64,000 nucleotides of DNA. Origin: Sphaerodactylus townsendi. Lineage: Eukaryota. Location: NCBI RefSeq assembly GCF_021028975.2, contig NC_059425.1:74648001-74712000 (forward strand), read 5' to 3'. Under the pieces are notes generated by a model that saw only the letters and a list, made by a program, of their open reading frames with translations, was not told the DNA's origin and searched no databases. Of the stretch, positions 24,209-36,430 are shown piece by piece. A program made the position numbers and the translations under genes. Numbering within the stretch: position 1 is the first letter of the stretch; each line of letters starts with the position of its first letter.

Positions 24209-27200
24209 CTATATAGGAAATCCATTGGTCCCACTGTTTTGTTTTGTTTTTGTGTTATAAGAACTTTCCAGTTCTTCGTTTCCTTGTAACTGGGCAATCT
24301 TTACTAGCTCTAACATTTTCATATGCCAGTCAAATATAGTTGGGATATTAGATGTTTTCCAATTTTTTGCCAGCACTAGTCTGGCTGCTGTAGCCAGATA
24401 CTGAAATAGAAACCTTTTCTTCTTGTCTAATATTTTGCTACACATTCCCAACAGATACAATTCAGGTTTGCATTTTATTGGTATGTTAAGCATTCTTTGG
24501 ACTTCCTTATGAATTTGTGTCCAAAACATTTTTATTCTTGGACAAGCCCACCATTGATGGAAAAATGTACCATTTATAGATCCACACTTCCAACATGATA
24601 CCGGTTTCTTTGTAATTTTTGCTACTTGGGTCGGCGTAAGGTACCACCTAAATCTAATCTTATATACATTTTCCTTTATATAACTACTACTTGTGAATTT
24701 TAAACCCACACTCCAAATATATTCCTAATCTTCAAACATTATTGGGTGGCCCAAATCTTGCACCCAGTTTACCATATAGTCTTTTACTGTTTCGTCTTCT
24801 TGATCCAACTGGAGACATACACTATACATTCTTTTAATTAGGAAATCATCTTTCTTTATTAGATCTTGCTCTAACCTGTCCTCCTCTCCATAATTCCAGG
24901 GAGGTTTTATTTCTTTAATATATATATTATAAAGTTGGTGGTACAACCACCAGCTTATTTTCCATCCTTCATTGTTAAGTTTTTCGATAGATATCATCTT
25001 CCATTCTATATTTTCACCTTGAGAGTGTCTTTCTAGTATATCTGAATATTTGAGCCAACCTTTTTCCAGATCGTTTCTGTTCAGTAAGGCTTCATGGGGT
25101 GAAAGCCAAAATGGGGTATTCCTATATAGGAGTCTCCTATATTTCTGCCATGTTCTGAGGAGAGCAAATCTAAAAGGATGATGAAGGAACTGTCTGTTGA
25201 TTTTCTCTTTTCCATACCATAAGTATGCATGGAAGCCAAATCTTAAGTCAGCTCCTTCTACTGTAAGTAGATTTTTGTTCTCTAATGTGAACCATTCCTT
25301 TAGACCAGGGGTAGGGAACCTGCGGCTCTCCAGATGTTCAGGAACTACAATTCCCATCAGCCTCTGTCAGCATGGCCAATTGGCCATGCTGGTAGGGGCT
25401 GATGGGAATTGTCGTTCCTGAACATCTGGAGAGCCGCAGGTTCCCTACCCCTGCTTTAGACACATTAAACTGGCAGCCTCATAATACATTTTTATACTTG
25501 GAGCAGCCATTCCTCCTCTATTTCTGGAATCAGCAAGTACCTTATAACGAACCCTTGGTTTCTTCCCTCCCCACAAGAATTTTAATAAATCTTTTTGCCA
25601 TAGTTTAAATGGTTTATTTGTCTTAATAATAGGCAAGTGCTGAAATAAGAATAATAATTTCGGAATTATATTCATTTTAAGGGCCGTTATCTTGCCTATA
25701 AAGGATAGCTGAAGTTTCGTCCATCTATCAAAATCTTTTCTGATACCTTTCCAGATTACATCATAATTATTTTCATAAAGGTTCATATTAGTTGATGTTA
25801 AGTTTATTCCTAAATATTTGGCTTTTGGGGAGATTTTCCCTCCCCATTGTTCTTCCAATTTTCCCTTCTCTCCTCCTTTCATATTCCTCACCAGAATCTG
25901 AGTTTTTTCTTTGTTGACTTCCAGACCCGAAATAATACTGTAAAGATCCAGATGTTCTTTTATATATTTTAGGCTTTGTAATGGGTCTTCTAAAATTAAG
26001 ACTAGATCGTCCGCGAAAGCTCTAATTTTGTAATTTTCCTTCTTAATTCTAACTCTCTGTATTTGTTTGTCTCCTCTAATTTTTTCAATAAGTAGTTCAA
26101 AAACTAAAATAAATAACAAGGGAGCAACGGACAACCTTGACGGGTGCCACGTTGGATTTGGCACTCTTTAGTTCTTTCTCCGTTGATTATAATTCTAGCG
26201 TATTGGTCCGAGTAAATTTTTTCTATCCATCTAGTAAACTTTGATCCAAATTGTTTTTTCCGTAAAACTTCTATAATTAGATCCCAGTTTAGGCTATCAA
26301 AAGCCTTCTGCATATCTAAAAAAAGAGGGCTAGTTGTTTTTCAGGATGGTTTGCAAAATAATCTATAATGTTAATAATTATTCTTGTATTCTCTTTCATA
26401 TGTCTGTTTGGCAAAAAACCTGATTGTTCTTAGGGGATAATTTCATTCAAAACTTTTTTAATTCTGTCAGCTAGAATTTTGGCAAAAATTTTATAATCGA
26501 CATTGATCAGGGAGATAGGTCTGTAGTTGGTTATCTCTGTTTTGTCTTTATCTCCTTTTGGTATAAGGGAAATATTTCCCCGTTTCCATGATTCTGGAAT
26601 GCCGTGCTCAGGTATTTCGTTAAATAGCTTCACCAAGAAATCAATTAGTTCTTCATAAAATTTCTTATAGAATAGATTCATTAGCCCATCGGGCCCTGGA
26701 GTTTTATTCAATTTAAGGTTTTTAATTGCTCTATAAACCTCCTCCTTAGTAATATTTTGGTTCTTGAAATTTGGTATCTATAGGTTCCATTTTGAATAAT
26801 TGTAAGGTCTTATGATATAAATCATCATCACCTGATTGCTCTTTTCTTTGGTATAATTTTGAATAAAATTCAAAAAATTCCTTTTTAATTTGTTCATTAT
26901 CAGTAATAAACTGGTCATTAACTTTGATTTTAAGTATCGCTCTCTCAGCCCTCTTTTCTTTTAATTTCCAAGCAAACCATTTGCTGGGTTTGTCAGCATG
27001 GAGAAAAGCTTGTCTTTTACCCTTATATTCTTGTTTATATGTGTCTTTCAGGAGCAACGCTTCTAGCTGGTGTTTTAAAAGTTTAATGGATTGTTCTGCT
27101 TTATTTCTATCTTTACCTTTAATCAGGTCTTGTTCTTTCTTTTTTATCTGAGCTTCTAAATTTAATAAAGCTACATTTTTTTTCTTTTTTTTAACCTAAT

Positions 27201-28106
27201 TCTATGGCCTGTTAAGATTCCCCTTATAAATGCCTTAAATGAGTCCCAAATTAAATTCAATGAAAACATCTGTTCAGTGTTCCACATAAAAAACTCTTTT
27301 ATATGTATTTTACAATCTTGAATAATGTCCTCATCAAGCAATAATTTGTTGTCAAGGGACAATCTAAATTCATTCTTTTTGTTGTTCAAATTAATATTTA
27401 ACAAAACAGGTTTGTGATCAGTAGTGGTATTTCCTAGAATTTCCACTTTCTTAATCTATTTAATAAGTGACTTTGAAGCTAGTATCATATCAATTCGGGA
27501 ACCCGTATTGAATTGTGATGAAAAGTAAGTAAAGTCCTTTTCATAGGGATGTTTGAAGCGCCAAATATCAATCAGGTCAAGCATTTCCATGCCTTCAAAG
27601 AATTTTTTGGGTAATTTTCCTTGATCTGGTAAAGATGCTATTTTCCCTCCATAGTACTTGTCCAAGTTCACATTAATTACCCCATTCATGTCACCCATAA
27701 GCAGAAAACCATCATATTCAGACCAATATTCCAGAATTTTGTCAAACAGCATTCCATAAAATTCATTTTTGTTTGAACTGGGAGCATATATACCGACCAA
27801 CAAAATTTTTAACCCATTGATCTCCACATTTACTAAAAGAAATCGTCCTTCTGGATCCCCATAAACAAAGTAGGGTTGAAATTTATCTTTAACAAAAACT
27901 GCCACTCCCACTCTCTTGCCTGTCACTCTAGCAGCTACAAATTCTTTACCAAGTTTTGAATTTTTAAGTAGATGAACATCTTTAACCAAAACATGCGTCT
28001 CTTGTAAACACACAATCTGTATTTCTCTCTGCAGCAAATAATTGAAAATATTTTTTCTTTTAACAGGATTATTAAGTCCATTAACATTCCATGTAATGAT
28101 ATTCAT
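24209..28106 (-). pseudogene. L1 ORF2 (endonuclease, RT, CCHC), broken by stops, frameshifts and a MITE
   Basis: ITWNVNGLN, CLQETH, GDMNG, SRIDMIL, TDHKPV; PGPDG, YRPISLINVDYKI, KAFDSL, GTRQGCP, AFADDL; CWKCGSINGTFFHQWWAC. Confidence 0.95.
25306..25453. mobile_element. 148-bp palindromic hAT MITE, copy 2, inside L1 ORF2
   Basis: Perfect TSD ctttagac; central asymmetry is reversed relative to copy 1. Confidence 0.97.
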
Positions 28107-28191
28107 CCTTTATTGGTAAGAGAAGGGAAAAGAAAAAGGTTAAAAAAAATAAAAGAAGGGGGAGAGAGCTAGTTTCTGGTGTGGAATGTAC

Positions 28192-29019
28192 TTATTTCAA
28201 CTCCTTTTTAGATTTTTTCAAAAATTCTAGCGCCTCAGATTTGTTAGCTATAAGTCTTCTGACCCCCTTAAACTGAAAAGACAGGCCTTCTGGAAACTCC
28301 CATTTGTAGTAGATGCTCTTTTTCTGTAGCATAGATGTTAAGTCCGCATATTCTTTCCTTGAATCCAGCATTTTGCTAGGTATTTCTTTGAGAATGATGA
28401 TTTCTATTCCACCCTCCTTCAATCTTCCCTCATAATGTTTATGGAGAATTTCATTTCTGAAGGATTTCCTCAGGAAAGAAACAATTATATCTCTGGGGAG
28501 ATTTTTCTCCCTTGCTATCTTTGAATTAATTCTATAAATTTCATCAATTTCTTGCTCCACTTCTTTACTTGTTCTTCCCATAAATTCTGCCAGGAGATTC
28601 ACCATTCTAGTTGGTAGAGCCTCATTTTCTTGTTCTGGAAGTTTCCTAAATCTCAAGAATTTTTCCTTATGTTTCATCTCCAACCAAAGATTGTCATCTA
28701 GGTAGGATTCTCTTTCTGTTTCCAGTCTTTCTATCTTGCTCTCCACATTCTCAAGTCTATCGTCCATATGTTTCATTTCATCTATTAGCTGGTTCATTCC
28801 CTTTTCCAGCGTTCCTATTTTTTTAACCTCAGTTTTTATTCCAATTAAATCCTCTTCAATCTTTTTAACTTTTTCATTTGTTTCTAGAATAGTATTTGTA
28901 ATCCGATCCAGCTTGGCCAGCACCTCATTAATTGCCAGCTTATCAGGAGTGTTCATTTGGCTAGCTGATGTTCCTTGTCCTGTGGGCTGAGATCTCTGGT
29001 TTTGTTTTCTAGGTGTCAT
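28192..29019 (-). CDS. L1 ORF1p (coiled coil plus RRM/CTD-like region), open, 275 aa from the ATG
   Basis: ATG at 29019; heptad-rich region, then YRINSKIAREKNLPRDIIVSF and YKWEFPEGLSF; lies directly upstream of ORF2. Confidence 0.9.
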   Translation of the reverse strand: MTPRKQNQRSQPTGQGTSASQMNTPDKLAINEVLAKLDRITNTILETNEKVKKIEEDLIGIKTEVKKIGTLEKGMNQLIDEMKHMDDRLENVESKIERLETERESYLDDNLWLEMKHKEKFLRFRKLPEQENEALPTRMVNLLAEFMGRTSKEVEQEIDEIYRINSKIAREKNLPRDIIVSFLRKSFRNEILHKHYEGRLKEGGIEIIILKEIPSKMLDSRKEYADLTSMLQKKSIYYKWEFPEGLSFQFKGVRRLIANKSEALEFLKKSKKELK

Positions 29020-32000
29020 ATTTGATTTTTTTTCCTTTCTGCCTTCCTGTGCAGCAATTAGTCTATGCAGCTTAAAAGACACAGGGGCTAGGCAAAGACC
29101 CTGGTTTAGGTTCTGTTTCCAACAGTTCTAATTTATAGTCTTATTAGACTTATCAATCATTATTTAGTAAGCGCAGACTCCGTGGTGTAACACAGTCAGT
29201 TAAATTATATAACGCTTAGCACCTTGTACTCGGCGGTGCCTCCAGAAGAGCTTCACCTATTGGCTTGAGACACAAATGGGAGATGGAGCTAGGGCAGGAA
29301 ATTTTCTGGGGCGACGCCCCTGTTCCCCCGTGGTGCGCCTGATGGGGGCCTGCAGATTCCCCTTCTCTCCCGGGACTCGCCCCCACGCTCACCGCTCTTC
29401 GGCACTCTTCTTTAGTGCCTAGTCCTCACAGGTTTGCAGCTGTTAGCCGCGCGGGTTGCGCTGCTCCGGAGCTCAGGAGCTCTGCCGCCTCCACAGTCCG
29501 CCTCCCGGGCGCGCCTGTCGTCCCTTCCAACCCGACCCGCACTTTGCCCTTCGCAAAGCCCTTTATACCTGGGCTTTGATGTCATGCACAAACCTTGTCA
29601 GCAGCAAAGGCTTGTGTTTGTTTATGTCTCCAACGCTCCGGCCGCTCGCGGAGCTTCTCTCTCCACCAGAAGTAGCACCGGAAGCCATGTTAAGTTTCAT
29701 CATCAAGGCAACTAATGGCTCCCCAGGGCCATTTGAGGTCAAGAGGATGGGGGCGGGGGGAACACTTAAGTCTCTCTCTACCCATGCCTCAGCCCTGGTC
29801 TATTTCAGAGCCCCCAAGTCAGAATTCTGAGTTCTGAGCACAGAACTCCCTACCCCTCCCCATTGGCCAGACCCAAAAACAACCCCAGGAAAATTATAAT
29901 GTATAGTTAGGTCCTCATCCACAAAGCTCACTGGGTGATCTTGGGCCAATCACACTTTCTCACGGGTATGTTTTGAGGATAAAATGGAGGAGAGGAGAAT
30001 GTCAGCTGCCCTGAGCTCCTTCGATGAAGGATGAGATAAACATAAATTAAATAAACACAAATGTTTCCTTACTTTTTTAAGAACATGAGGTCTGTTCTTC
30101 CTTGGGTCTAGGTAAAAGTCAGATGTGCAAAGACCTACACAATGTTCAAAATTTATCTGTGGTAATCCACATCAATGGTGAGTAGTAGCCTACACCCTAC
30201 ATTTCTACTCAGCTTTCACTCAGGTCTTCTCTTGTAACAATGCTCATATCTAATCCATGTCCATGAACTGTGTGAAGTCATGTAAAAACCCTGAGGATCT
30301 GATTTTTTGTTTTCTTTATTCTCCTTCAGGGTTGGGATTGGTCCCAACAGAGTTGGATCTATGGCAAGGAGGAAGGATAAAAGAAGCATCATCTCTGGAA
30401 CCTGAGAAAAGGACTAACTTGGAAATGTATAGGACAAGTGGGAACCCACAAGGACTTGTGGGAGGCATCTCATTTCCCCTCCCCCACTATTTCCTCTCCT
30501 TGTCCAGAAAGTCCTCATAGCCTCTCTTTTTCCTGCTTCTTTCTGTCCTTCTAGGGTTGCCAACCGCCAGAATCACAATGCCCAGCATGAGAGCATTATT
30601 ATTTATCTACTTATTTATACTAAATTTTCTCCCCAGTGGGGTCAAAGTAGCATGTATTTTTACTCTTCTCCTTTATATTGGCACAACAACCCTGTGAGGT
30701 AGGTTAGTCTGAAAGCATGTGGCTGGTCCAAATCACTCAGTGAGTTTTCACAGCCACCTTAGGATTAGAACATAGGATTGCCAACCTCCAGGTGGCACCA
30801 GGAGATCTTCCACTATTACAATTGATCTCTAAACCAATAAGATCAGTTCCCCTGGAGAAAATGGGTGGACTCTATAGCATTATCCCCTCCCCAAGCCCAG
30901 CCACCACAAGGCTCTCTGGGTATTTCCCAACTCAGAGTTGGCAACCTTATTTAGCCCCCACTGAGGAAACAACCAGAGAAACGTGAGCATTCTTCTGTCA
31001 CAGGCCCTGGCTCTAGTTTGTCAGGACCAAACCTCTTCACACTGATCAGCTGGCATTCTCACAACAATATTTTTTTAGATAAAAGGCTAGCTGTGGTGAC
31101 AATGACCCACTTCTAACCAATCACCATGCACAACTCACTTTCAGCCAATCACCACACACACATGGTTTAGGGCAAGGCTTACACAGAACAGGTTAAAAAC
31201 CAACACAAACTAAACAGTGGAATGTGGTGGTTACTTGCTCTCTTGTGTACTCACCCTTCTCCCCCACTGCTGAATAATTACAGTGACAGTACCATCTGCA
31301 GCTGCCTGAGGAGAGTCATGACTGCTGGCAGCCACAACAGTGCCATTAACTGTTGTGTGGTGATACAGACATCTGGGAAGAGGAGCAGGTGTTCGGGAAG
31401 AAGAGAAGGAGGGGCAGAAAGGCAGGAGGGGTCACTGCCTCGATGTCCACCCATTAACCTTTGCATACCTGTGCAGGCATCCAGGAAGAGGAGGAGGACA
31501 AGGAGGGAGCTAGTAATGCAGGCCATGGTGGGGGGAGAAAAGGCAGGAGGGATTGGCTCCCTCAATGGGCACTGTTAACCCACCAATAGTTTTCTAGAAC
31601 CTATTGTATTTGCTTGTACAATGGGCTTTACTGTTAGTGTTATCATACTAACTACTCCTTACTAATATTTTCACCTTAAACAAATGCAAATGCTGACTGC
31701 TGAAGTATTATTTAGCACTGCCTCTCTCCTTCTGTGATGCAAAATTATATTCCTGAAAAAAGGTCTCGGGTTTAAAGACTTATGGTCACAACTTTGTCCT
31801 TAATAAATTATACTGTTAAGGGACAATGTGAGGAGATATATTTTCAGAAATGCACTGGAAAGGTATTTTCCACAAGTGAGCCATTTGAATCAATTTGATA
31901 TAGCAGTCTAAGATTGGAGAGACTCGGGTTGGAATCCCCGCTCTGCCTGAGAAGCTTGCTGGGTTACTTTGTGCCACTCACACACTCTCAGTATAACTTC

Positions 32001-32370
32001 TTTATGATTTTGGTGAGGATAAGGTAGAGAAGAGGATGTAAGTCACTTTGGGTCTCCACTGTAAGTCACTGTAAGACGCAATGTAAGTCATTTTGGGTCT
32101 CCATTGGAGACAGAAACGGGGATGCCAGCCTCCAGGTGGAACCTGGGGATCCCCCAGAATTACAGCTCTTCTCTGAACTACAGAGATCAGTTACCTTGGA
32201 GAAAATGGTCATTTTGCAGAGAAGACTCGCTGTGATTCCTGCCCTCTCCAGACTCCATTTTCAAATCTCCAGGAGTTTCCCAACCTGGATCTGTTCACCC
32301 TACATCCCCACCTGGTTGTCCAGGTGGAGTGGGAGGCCTGGCAACCCTAGCAGAAAGGCAAGGTATAAAT

Positions 32371-32489
32371 CAGGGGTAGGGAACCTGCGGCTCTCCAGAT
32401 GTTCAGGAACTACAATTCCCATCAGCCCCTACCAGCATGGCCAATTGTAGTTCCTGAACATCTGGAGAGCCGCAGGTTCCCTACCCCTG
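32371..32489. mobile_element. Palindromic hAT MITE, copy 3, with a 29-bp internal deletion
   Basis: Perfect TSD gtataaat; 119 bp. Confidence 0.95.
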
Positions 32490-32797
32490 GTATAAATGAA
32501 GTTAAACGAATAAAATGAGAAAGAGCTGTGGCAGTTTCAAGGCTGTTTTGGGGAATATATGCAATCAGAAGGCTGACTCAGGTTCCAAAGTCCACATCCT
32601 CCACACACATTTTGCATAGATGCTTTCTGGACATACACATATTGGAACTTAATTCCCAGATGTGTGAGGGCACAAACTGGATTGAGACCATGGTATATAA
32701 GAAGTGGTGTTGGCTCCCCCCACTCACACATACCATTTTCTTGACCTAAAATACCCCCAGGTAATCACTGGGTATCTGTTGAGGAATCTTAGTTTTA

Positions 32798-33401
32798 TGT
32801 ATTGTCGAAGGCTTTCACGGCCGGAATCACTTGGGTGCTGTGTGGTTTCCGGGCTGTATGGCCGTGTTCTAGCAGCATTCTCTCCTGACGTTTCGCCTGC
32901 ATCTGTGGCTGGCATCTTCAGAGGATCTGATGTTGGGAAAGCAAGTGGAGTATATATATCTGTTGGAGTGTCCAGGGTGGGTGGAGAAACATAGTCTGTG
33001 AGTAACAAAGAAGGCAACCAGGTCAATAGTTGAGGGCATCTGAATAGAAGTATGAGTAACAATGAAGACTATAGCATGGGAGTGTCAATGGAGATAGCAA
33101 GGTCACTGGTGGGAGCATCTGAATAGAAGTATCCTGGCCTTTGTTTCTTTTGTCTATGGTCATCCTGTGTTTGTGTGGAGCTGGTTAGACACTGTCTTGA
33201 CTCTAGTATTTTTCAACACTGGCAGCCAAGTTCTGTTCATTTTCATAGTTTCTTCCTTCCTGTTAAAATTGTCCATGTGCTTATGGATTTCAATTGCTTC
33301 TCTGTGTAGTCTGACGTAGTGGCTTTCAGAGTGGTCCAGAATTTCTGTTTTTTCAAATAATATTCTATGTCCAGGTTGGTTTATCATGTGTTCTGCAATT
33401 G
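32798..33401 (-). mobile_element. 5'-truncated Penelope-like element (end of GIY-YIG domain plus pseudo-LTR)
   Basis: HRILFEKTEILDHSESHYVRLHREAIEIHKH..NFNRKEE; 10-bp TSD cttagtttta (32788-32797, 33402-33411). Confidence 0.92.
32883..32925 (-). ncRNA. Minimal type I hammerhead ribozyme motif in the Penelope pseudo-LTR
   Basis: Minus strand reads tcct CTGAAGA tgcc..ggc GAAAC GTC agga: intact core, stem I tcct/agga, stem II gcc/ggc, palindromic ACGT stem III. Confidence 0.85.
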
Positions 33402-35016
33402 CTTAGTTTTACTGCTAGCTACACATAAATTTCCCCATTGGTGAAATCCCCTGAGGTTGTTTCAAGTGGGGGGGGGGGAGGGTTGGTAGGGAAGGAGGCT
33501 GAAACCCATCCCTAGGGTTTTAATCTGGATTGTGCCCCTGCATGCCTAGGAATTAAGTTCCCAGAACAGAATTCCTGGCAAACATCTGCTCCAGAGTCCT
33601 CATGGCAATGACACATTTACCACATGGATATAGTAATATATGAATGCTTACAATATATACTAATTATTAGGTGTAGATTGCTGTGATATTCATTAAAATT
33701 TGTTGTGCCTGCCATTCAGCAGTTTGACCACTAAGGGTTGCAACATAACAGAAAATACTTTTGTTTTTGTTCCATTAGGTATATCAGATTTTAAAATATA
33801 GATTCAAGTGATTGCAACTGTAACCCCTGTGTCTGTGTCCAAAAAAATAGCTGAGATGCAAGGTTATGCTGGTAGACATACATTGGAATGTCCAAAAATC
33901 TTTCAATTACGTGAGTCACTAAACAATTCTACATTAACTTAGCTGTCAAGGAATAAGATGATGGTTTTCTCATAGGCTGGCAACTGTGGTAACAACAGGA
34001 AGCAGAAAGAAGAAAGCAGATCATTCTCCTAAATAAACTATAGAGTCTTTGTATTGTCGAAGGCTTTCACAGCTGGATTCAACTGGTTCTGGTGGGTTTT
34101 CTGGGCTGTGTAGCTGTGATCTGGTGGATCTTGTTCCTAACGTTTCGCCTGCATCTGTGGCTGGCATCTTCAGTGGTATATCACAGAGGGAAGTCTGTTA
34201 CACACTGTGTCCAGAGATAAGGAAATGTTTGGGGTATATATTGTCCATGTCCCAGGGTGGGGAACCAATCAGTAAGTGTTTGGGTGGAACTTGTTATGCA
34301 AAGATGTGGTTGATAGTATTGTATTGCGGGTGGGGCTTATCAGTCCAGGGAGTGATTCACATTTTCATGCCCTGCAGCAGCAGCAGTATTGGTGAATGCA
34401 AATCCTGTATTTGGGTGGAGTCCATTGTTCATGAACTTAGCATGCCCTTGGGTTTTGCTTTTGGTGTTTTTAAGTACTGGTATCCAAGTACTTTGTTAAT
34501 TCTCAGAGTCTCTTCTTTCCTGTTGAAGTTGTCTTGGTGTTTGTGAATTTCAATGACCTCCCTGTGCAGTCTGACAAAGTAACCTTCTGAATTGTCCAGA
34601 ATTTCAGTGTTTTCAAATAAAATGTTATGTCCAGTTTTGTTTAAGACATGTTCTGCAACTGCAGATTTTTCAGGATGGTTAAGCTGACAATGTCTTTCGT
34701 GCTCCTTAATACGAGTCTGAGTGCTGCGTTCTGTGGTTCCTATGTAGACCTTTCCACAGCTGCAGGATATGCGATAGACTCTTGTCCTTTGCTGAGCGTA
34801 GCATCTGCTATATTTTCCTGGTAGGTTTGAAGATGGTTTGGAGGTTATGTTTCTTCATCAGTTTCCCTATTTGATCAGTGATTCCCTTGATGTATGGTAG
34901 AAATATTTTTCTTATGGTGAACTGTTTCTCCTCAGTCCTCTGGGTTTCTCTTGGTCTTAAAGCTCTTCTGATTTCTGTTGTGGAGTAGCCATTAGCCTGC
35001 AGAGCCCAGTCTAGAT

Positions 35017-35157
35017 GGTTCTGGTGGGTTTTCCGGGCTGTGTGGCTGTGGTCTGGTGGATCTTGTTCCTAACATTTCGCCTGCATCTGTGGCTGGCATC
35101 TTCAGAGGTGTATCACAGAGGGAAGTCTGTTACACACACTGTAAGCCTTTGACAATA
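35017..35157 (+). mobile_element. Miniature Penelope insertion nested in the ORF of the larger copy
   Basis: 11-bp duplication ccagtctagat (35006-35016, 35158-35168); inverted pseudo-LTR segment plus the short 3' terminus aagcctttgacaata. Confidence 0.8.
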
Positions 35158-36021
35158 CCAGTCTAGATTATTGATTTCATCAGAGAGGAGGTGAGGTTCA
35201 CAAATTCGTTTTGCACCATCTGTCAGAGTTTTGATTATGCCCCTTTTCTGTTGTGGATGGTGATTGGAGTTTTGTGTAGATACCCGGTCTGTGTGTGTCG
35301 GTTTTCTGTATACTGTGTGGCCCAATTGGTCCAAGACATGTAAAAAAGGCAGTTTTCATTCTTTTTCAGTTTCCATGGTAAATTGGATGTTTGGGTGGAT
35401 GCTGTTAAGATGGTCCAGAAAGTTCAGCAGTTCCTCCTCACCATGGCTCCAGATTATAAAAGTATCATCCACAAATCGGAACCAAGTTGCGGGTTTCCTG
35501 GGTGCTGTTTTGAGGGCTTGTTTCTCAAAATGTTCCATGTAAAAATTGGCTATCACTGGGCTGAGGGGGCTTCCCATGGCTACCCCATCGGTCTGTTCAT
35601 AGTATTCATTGTCCCATTGGAAGTAACTGGTTGTTAGGCAGTGTTGAAATAAAGCTGTGATGTCATCTGGAAACATCTGGCTGATGAGTGCAAGTGTGTC
35701 TTTCACTGGAACTCTGGTGAACAGTGAGACAACATCAAAGCTAATAAGTCTGTTGCTAGGGTTGAGATGGAGATTGTTAATTTTTTCGATGAAGTGGGCG
35801 GAGTCTTTAACATAATGTGTTGTGTGTCCAATGTGGCTTTGTAACTGTGAAGTCAAAAATTTTGCCAGTTCATATGTGAGGGAACCAATCACACTCACTG
35901 ATTGGTTCCCCACCCTGGGACATAGACAATATATCCCCCACTAAACATGGACAATATATACCCCACTAAACATTCCCTTCTCACTGGATGCAGTGTGTAA
36001 CAGACTTCCCTCTGTGATACA

Positions 36022-36064
36022 CCTCTGAAGATGCCAGCCACAGATGCAGGCGAAACGTTTAGGA
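36022..36064 (+). ncRNA. Hammerhead ribozyme motif in the inverted pseudo-LTR; related minus-strand copies at ~34135-34177 and ~35066-35108
   Basis: cct CTGAAGA tgcc..ggc GAAAC GTTT agga; the 35066 copy has GAAAT in place of GAAAC. Confidence 0.7.
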
Positions 36065-36430
36065 ACAAGATCCACCAGACCATGGCCACACAGCCCAGAA
36101 AACCCACCAGAACCAATATAGATTCTTTGTTCTGAATTAGAACCTGTGATATTTCATTTGTTCATACATGATCTAAATCAGAGGTGAGCAGTGAAGTAGG
36201 AACACCAGATTACTCCAAATATTGAAAAATGAAACCAGATTATCAAGCATTCCTACAGGAAGTTTTCCATTTTGGTTAGTGGGCAACAATGTGGCATGCG
36301 AGGTTCAATGTAAGCAAGTATAAATTGAGTGTATTAGGATAAAAATTCCTAATGTTATACCAGGCCCACAGTAATGATAAAAGGCCAGGAGAGACATCTT
36401 GAAGTTGTTAGCTACCTGTGTCAAAGGACA

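Larger units (their letters stand above)
23870..29685 (-). mobile_element. Full-length L1 LINE (GC-rich 5' UTR, ORF1, disrupted ORF2, AATAAA and short poly-A)
   Basis: 12-bp TSD catgttaagttt at 23858-23869 and 29686-29697; ORF1, APE endonuclease, RT and CCHC in order. Confidence 0.96.
34052..36116 (-). mobile_element. Penelope-like element: pseudo-LTR, GIY-YIG, RT, and inverted pseudo-LTR at the 5' end
   Basis: RT motifs SFDVVSLFT, GVAMGSPLSP, WFRFVDDTF; GIY-YIG CSCGKVYIGTT; TSD tatagagtctttg / tatagattctttg (1 mismatch). Confidence 0.93.

Noticed and set aside
30775-30947. Recurrent tagggttgcc..ggcaacccta elements (also ~5114-5303, 32120-32350, 41212-41420)
   Set aside because: Clearly an abundant repeat, but ends and TSDs are too decayed to classify.
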